Positions 60,719 to 64,000 of a stretch of 64,000 bases of DNA are shown piece after piece. The stretch lies in the NCBI RefSeq assembly GCF_009914755.1, contig NC_060936.1; one strand, 5' to 3'. Each line of letters begins with the position of its first letter. The stretch's first letter is position 1. The translations under genes were made by a program, and so were the position numbers. The DNA is from the human T2T-CHM13v2.0 reference genome, Homo sapiens. Below the pieces are notes generated by a model, which ran no database searches, had not been told where the DNA came from, and saw only the letters and a program-made list of their open reading frames with translations.

Positions 60719-61640
60719 TTGATGGTTAATTGTACATGGCAATTTTAGTGGAGTAAGAGATGCCCAGGTAGGTGGTAAAACATTATTTCTGGATGTGTTT
60801 GTGAGGGTGTTTCCAGAGGAGATAAGCATTTGGATTAGAACTTGAATATATTAGGCGGAGTACGGAAGATCTGGCCTCACCAATGTGGGTGGCATCATAC
60901 AAGCCATTGAGGGTCCAGATAGAATGAAACGCAAACTCACGGTAGATTCTCTCTTCTTGAGCTGGGACACATTTCTATTTTCTCTTGCCCTTGAATATCG
61001 AAGCTCCTGGTCTCAGGCCTTCAGAATTTGGGACTCATACCAGTAGTCCCCATGCCCACACACCTCCCTGCAGATTCTCAGGCATTCAGACTCTGACTGA
61101 GAGTTATACTATCAGTTCACCTGGTTCTCAGGCCTTCAGACTGGTATTGAATTACACCACCCGCTTTCCTGGGTCTCCAGCTTGCAGATGGCACATTGTG
61201 GGACTTTTCAGCTTCCATAGTCAAGTAAGCCAATTCCCATAATAAAGAAATAAATATGTAATTATATATATATTTATTTTTATGTGTGTATGTATATACA
61301 TATATACACACATGTATATATGTATAAACATGTTTGTATATATTTACATGTGTGTACACGTGTGTGTCTTCTATATATGCATAAGTGTGTGTGTAAATTT
61401 ACTGGTCTATATATACAAATATATATAGAGAGAGATGGGTAGAATTTATATATTTTACATATATAATTATTTGATGTGTATAAAATATATACATTTACAC
61501 ACACGTATACATACATGTAAATAAATGTAAATGTTTTATATATGTTTATATATGTGTGTGTATATATATTTATATACACACACACACGTGTGTATTTGTG
61601 TATTCTCCAGGTCTGTTTCTCTAGAGAACCCTAACACACC
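60719..61640 (+). mobile_element. MLT2 (ERVL) solo LTR with an expanded internal TA/TG repeat (61255-61600)
   Basis: gatggttaatt…ggtaaaacattatttctggatgtgtttgtgagggtgtttccag…; ends ctgtttctctagagaaccctaa. Confidence 0.88.
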
Positions 61641-62267
61641 AGGGAAAGCTATTTGGACGTGATAACATTTAAGCTGAATTGTAAAGAAGATACACATACT
61701 TTGTGAGAAGAAACCACATCCACCTTTTCGTTCATTATGTATCCAGTCACTACACAGAACCTGACACATGGTTTATGAAAGATTAAATCAATGAATGCAT
61801 GAATAAATGAATGCTGTATCTAAAAATTAATGAGTAGGGTTTAACCAGATGAAGAGTAAAGGGTAATCCAGACAAAAGATATAGCATATGCAAATATAGA
61901 GGCATGAAACAGCATATCTCATGTGAGTTAACTGCAAACTTGAAGCATACAGTGCATATCAGAGAGCAAACATTTAATACAGCACAGAAAAAAGCATTCC
62001 AAATAGCAGCATAGTATAAAGAGGACCAAATTAGAAATAGAAAACCTAATTCTGAGTTTATCTCTACCATCAACAGGTGCATGAGTTTCTTAATTTATTT
62101 AGCATCTGTAAAACAAAATACTTGAACCATCTGATCTGCAACATTCTTTATAGTTCTAAAAACCTATAATTTCACGGATCAGATGCTTTAAAAATGGAAA
62201 AAAAAATACTTTACACTGAGTCCAATCCAAATCTTTTTCAAATTATCTCCTTGTAGTGTGTACTTAC

Positions 62268-62308
62268 GTGTGTGTGATTTAGAATGCCCATTGCTGGATA
62301 GCAAGGAC
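62268..62308 (-). pseudogene. KLR-like pseudogene B, candidate stalk exon
   Basis: atctttag|…|gtaagta; 41 bp; in phase after the TM exon it reads CPCYPAMGILNHTH (Cys-containing stalk). Confidence 0.5.
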
Positions 62309-62956
62309 CTAAAGATAAATAGAATATAGCATGTATTTGATTTAGATCATGGGGCTAGCCATTGAAACTGCAAATGTCTAGGTACCCTCTCTATATTTCC
62401 AAGTCTAGAAAATGTCATTAATATCTACATTGATAACTTTTTAAAAATGTATTAAGCAACAGCCAATCATTATGTGCTAGATTGAACAAAAGATGAGAGA
62501 CACTATACCCTGATTAGTCATGAAATGGTAGAAGGGGAAAAAAGTGATTTAGGAATGTGCAGGAGGAACTAATTCCAGTAGTCAAAGAAAAAATTATATT
62601 TTTAGCCAATAAAAAATAAAACGGCAATCTCAAGTATGTTAACATCAAAATGAAGAAACAGCTAAACATTACTTCTATTTAATTGAAGGAGTAAATGTGT
62701 CTGACTCTCAAAGAAAATGGAATGTTAGATAGAAATAAAACACAGTTCTCCTTGACTGTTTACTAAAGACTTTCTGCTTTGAATTTGTGGATATTTTTCC
62801 CAAATCCAGAGAAAGCCTTGGAAATGAGAATATTTCTCTGATGTCAGACTGTGATCATCTCATTAGATTTTCCCTTCACCCTTGCCTTGGGAAAGAAAAA
62901 ACAAAACATTTAGAAAACATTAAACATGAGGAATAATGTTTCTGTAGAATACTTAC

Positions 62957-63052
62957 ACTTAGTTGCAAATAATCCTGATATTTACAAAAGAATGAAATAC
63001 ATATTTCCTGATATTACTGCAACAATACATCCAGAAGATACTGTTTGCAACT
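62957..63052 (-). pseudogene. KLR-like pseudogene B, transmembrane exon with a nonsense codon
   Basis: ttttggacag|…|gtaagtat; 96 bp, phase 1-1; LQTVSSGCIVAVISGNMYFILL*ISGLFATK, resembling the KLR TM exon pattern IAVxLGxxCxxLLxxxxxLxTK; TAA at 62982-62984. Confidence 0.78.
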
Positions 63053-64000
63053 CTGTCCAAAAGCATATATGAATTACAGAGAAAGTGTTAACAATCCTTC
63101 AATCAAAGAGCCGTTATCTGAGCTAAGAGTTTTTGACTAAAAAAAAAAAATACACATACAGATTAAATAAAATTACTGAATGAATTAGTACTGTCATTAA
63201 ATAGATATTATGACCCACTCAGCCCTCATGGGTATTTTGTTTATAGAAAACCTACCAGCTGTTAGAAGTGTTTGCCTCTAATTTTGAAATTATTGGTGCT
63301 GCTGCTGTAAAGATTACTTCATGGTGTAGTAAAGTAGTGGGGGCAGGGTGGAATATTCTCATTTATTTTCAAAATAACCATTACTTCTTAACATCAACAA
63401 TTTTGTCTTTTCCAAAATTGCTTACAATATGCATGGGATTTCCCTTGTTTGGAACTACTAAATTGTATGATTTTTACTGTAGAAAAGAGAGCTACCAATA
63501 ATAAAAGCTATTGAGTTTAAAAGTAAGAGAGGTGACTATTAGGATCCCTTCCCAGGCCATTATTCAAAGAAAGGATGTAGGAACAGAGAATATCTCTAGG
63601 AAAATAAGCAAACAGCTGGAAAATACTATATAGTACAGTCAATTGGGAACTAACCAAGATTCAACTCAAATGCTAAGGGAGAAATACCAGACTATAGCAA
63701 AAGGATATCTTTATGAAATACAGAAAGGAAGAAATTGAAAACACATTTCAGGTCCTAGAAAAATCCTCTGAAGAAAACAATCCAGTAGCAATGTGAAGGC
63801 ACTCCTGATCTTCTGTCTTGACTTCATCATGCTACCCAAGTCACAGCCATAAAAGTCTACTGACTGGTCTTCCTTTAGTACAATGCCTCAAAGTATACAT
63901 TCAGTAAATATGTTTAATTAACTGGATGACTCCCTCAGGAAAAAACTGAGAAACTGACCAGGCTGCAGTTGTCATGTTGATAAGATCTGCTGCTCCAAAC

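Overview
AT-rich, repeat-dense primate DNA, very probably human 12p13.2 in the natural killer gene complex, between the KLRC cluster and KLRA1P; that placement comes from recalled knowledge of the EIF2S3B locus. More than half of the window is L1, Alu and ERVL/MaLR sequence. The only intact host gene is EIF2S3B, an intronless retrocopy of X-linked eIF2-gamma (CDS 23319-24737). It has a poly(A) tail and a palindromic 14-bp TSD, and it carries about 300 bp of GC-rich promoter-like sequence inside the insertion. An internal donor can splice in frame to an exon derived from an ancient LTR 15.4 kb downstream. On the minus strand, between the repeats, I find exon-by-exon fossils of two disabled killer-cell lectin-like receptor (KLR) genes, mostly missed by the ORF track. 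Gene A has a promoter-like RUNX/ETS/GATA cluster, an ITIM-type exon, a TM exon, a 152-bp CTLD exon, and possibly a last exon whose acceptor abuts the retrogene insertion site. Gene B has a 96-bp TM exon, a stalk exon and a last CTLD exon. Also present: a processed KRAB-box pseudogene fragment, a twin-primed 5'-inverted L1PA3-like element, a complete THE1 element nested in an L1, and several local duplication and inversion scars. Repeat subfamily names and most repeat boundaries are estimates made by eye.
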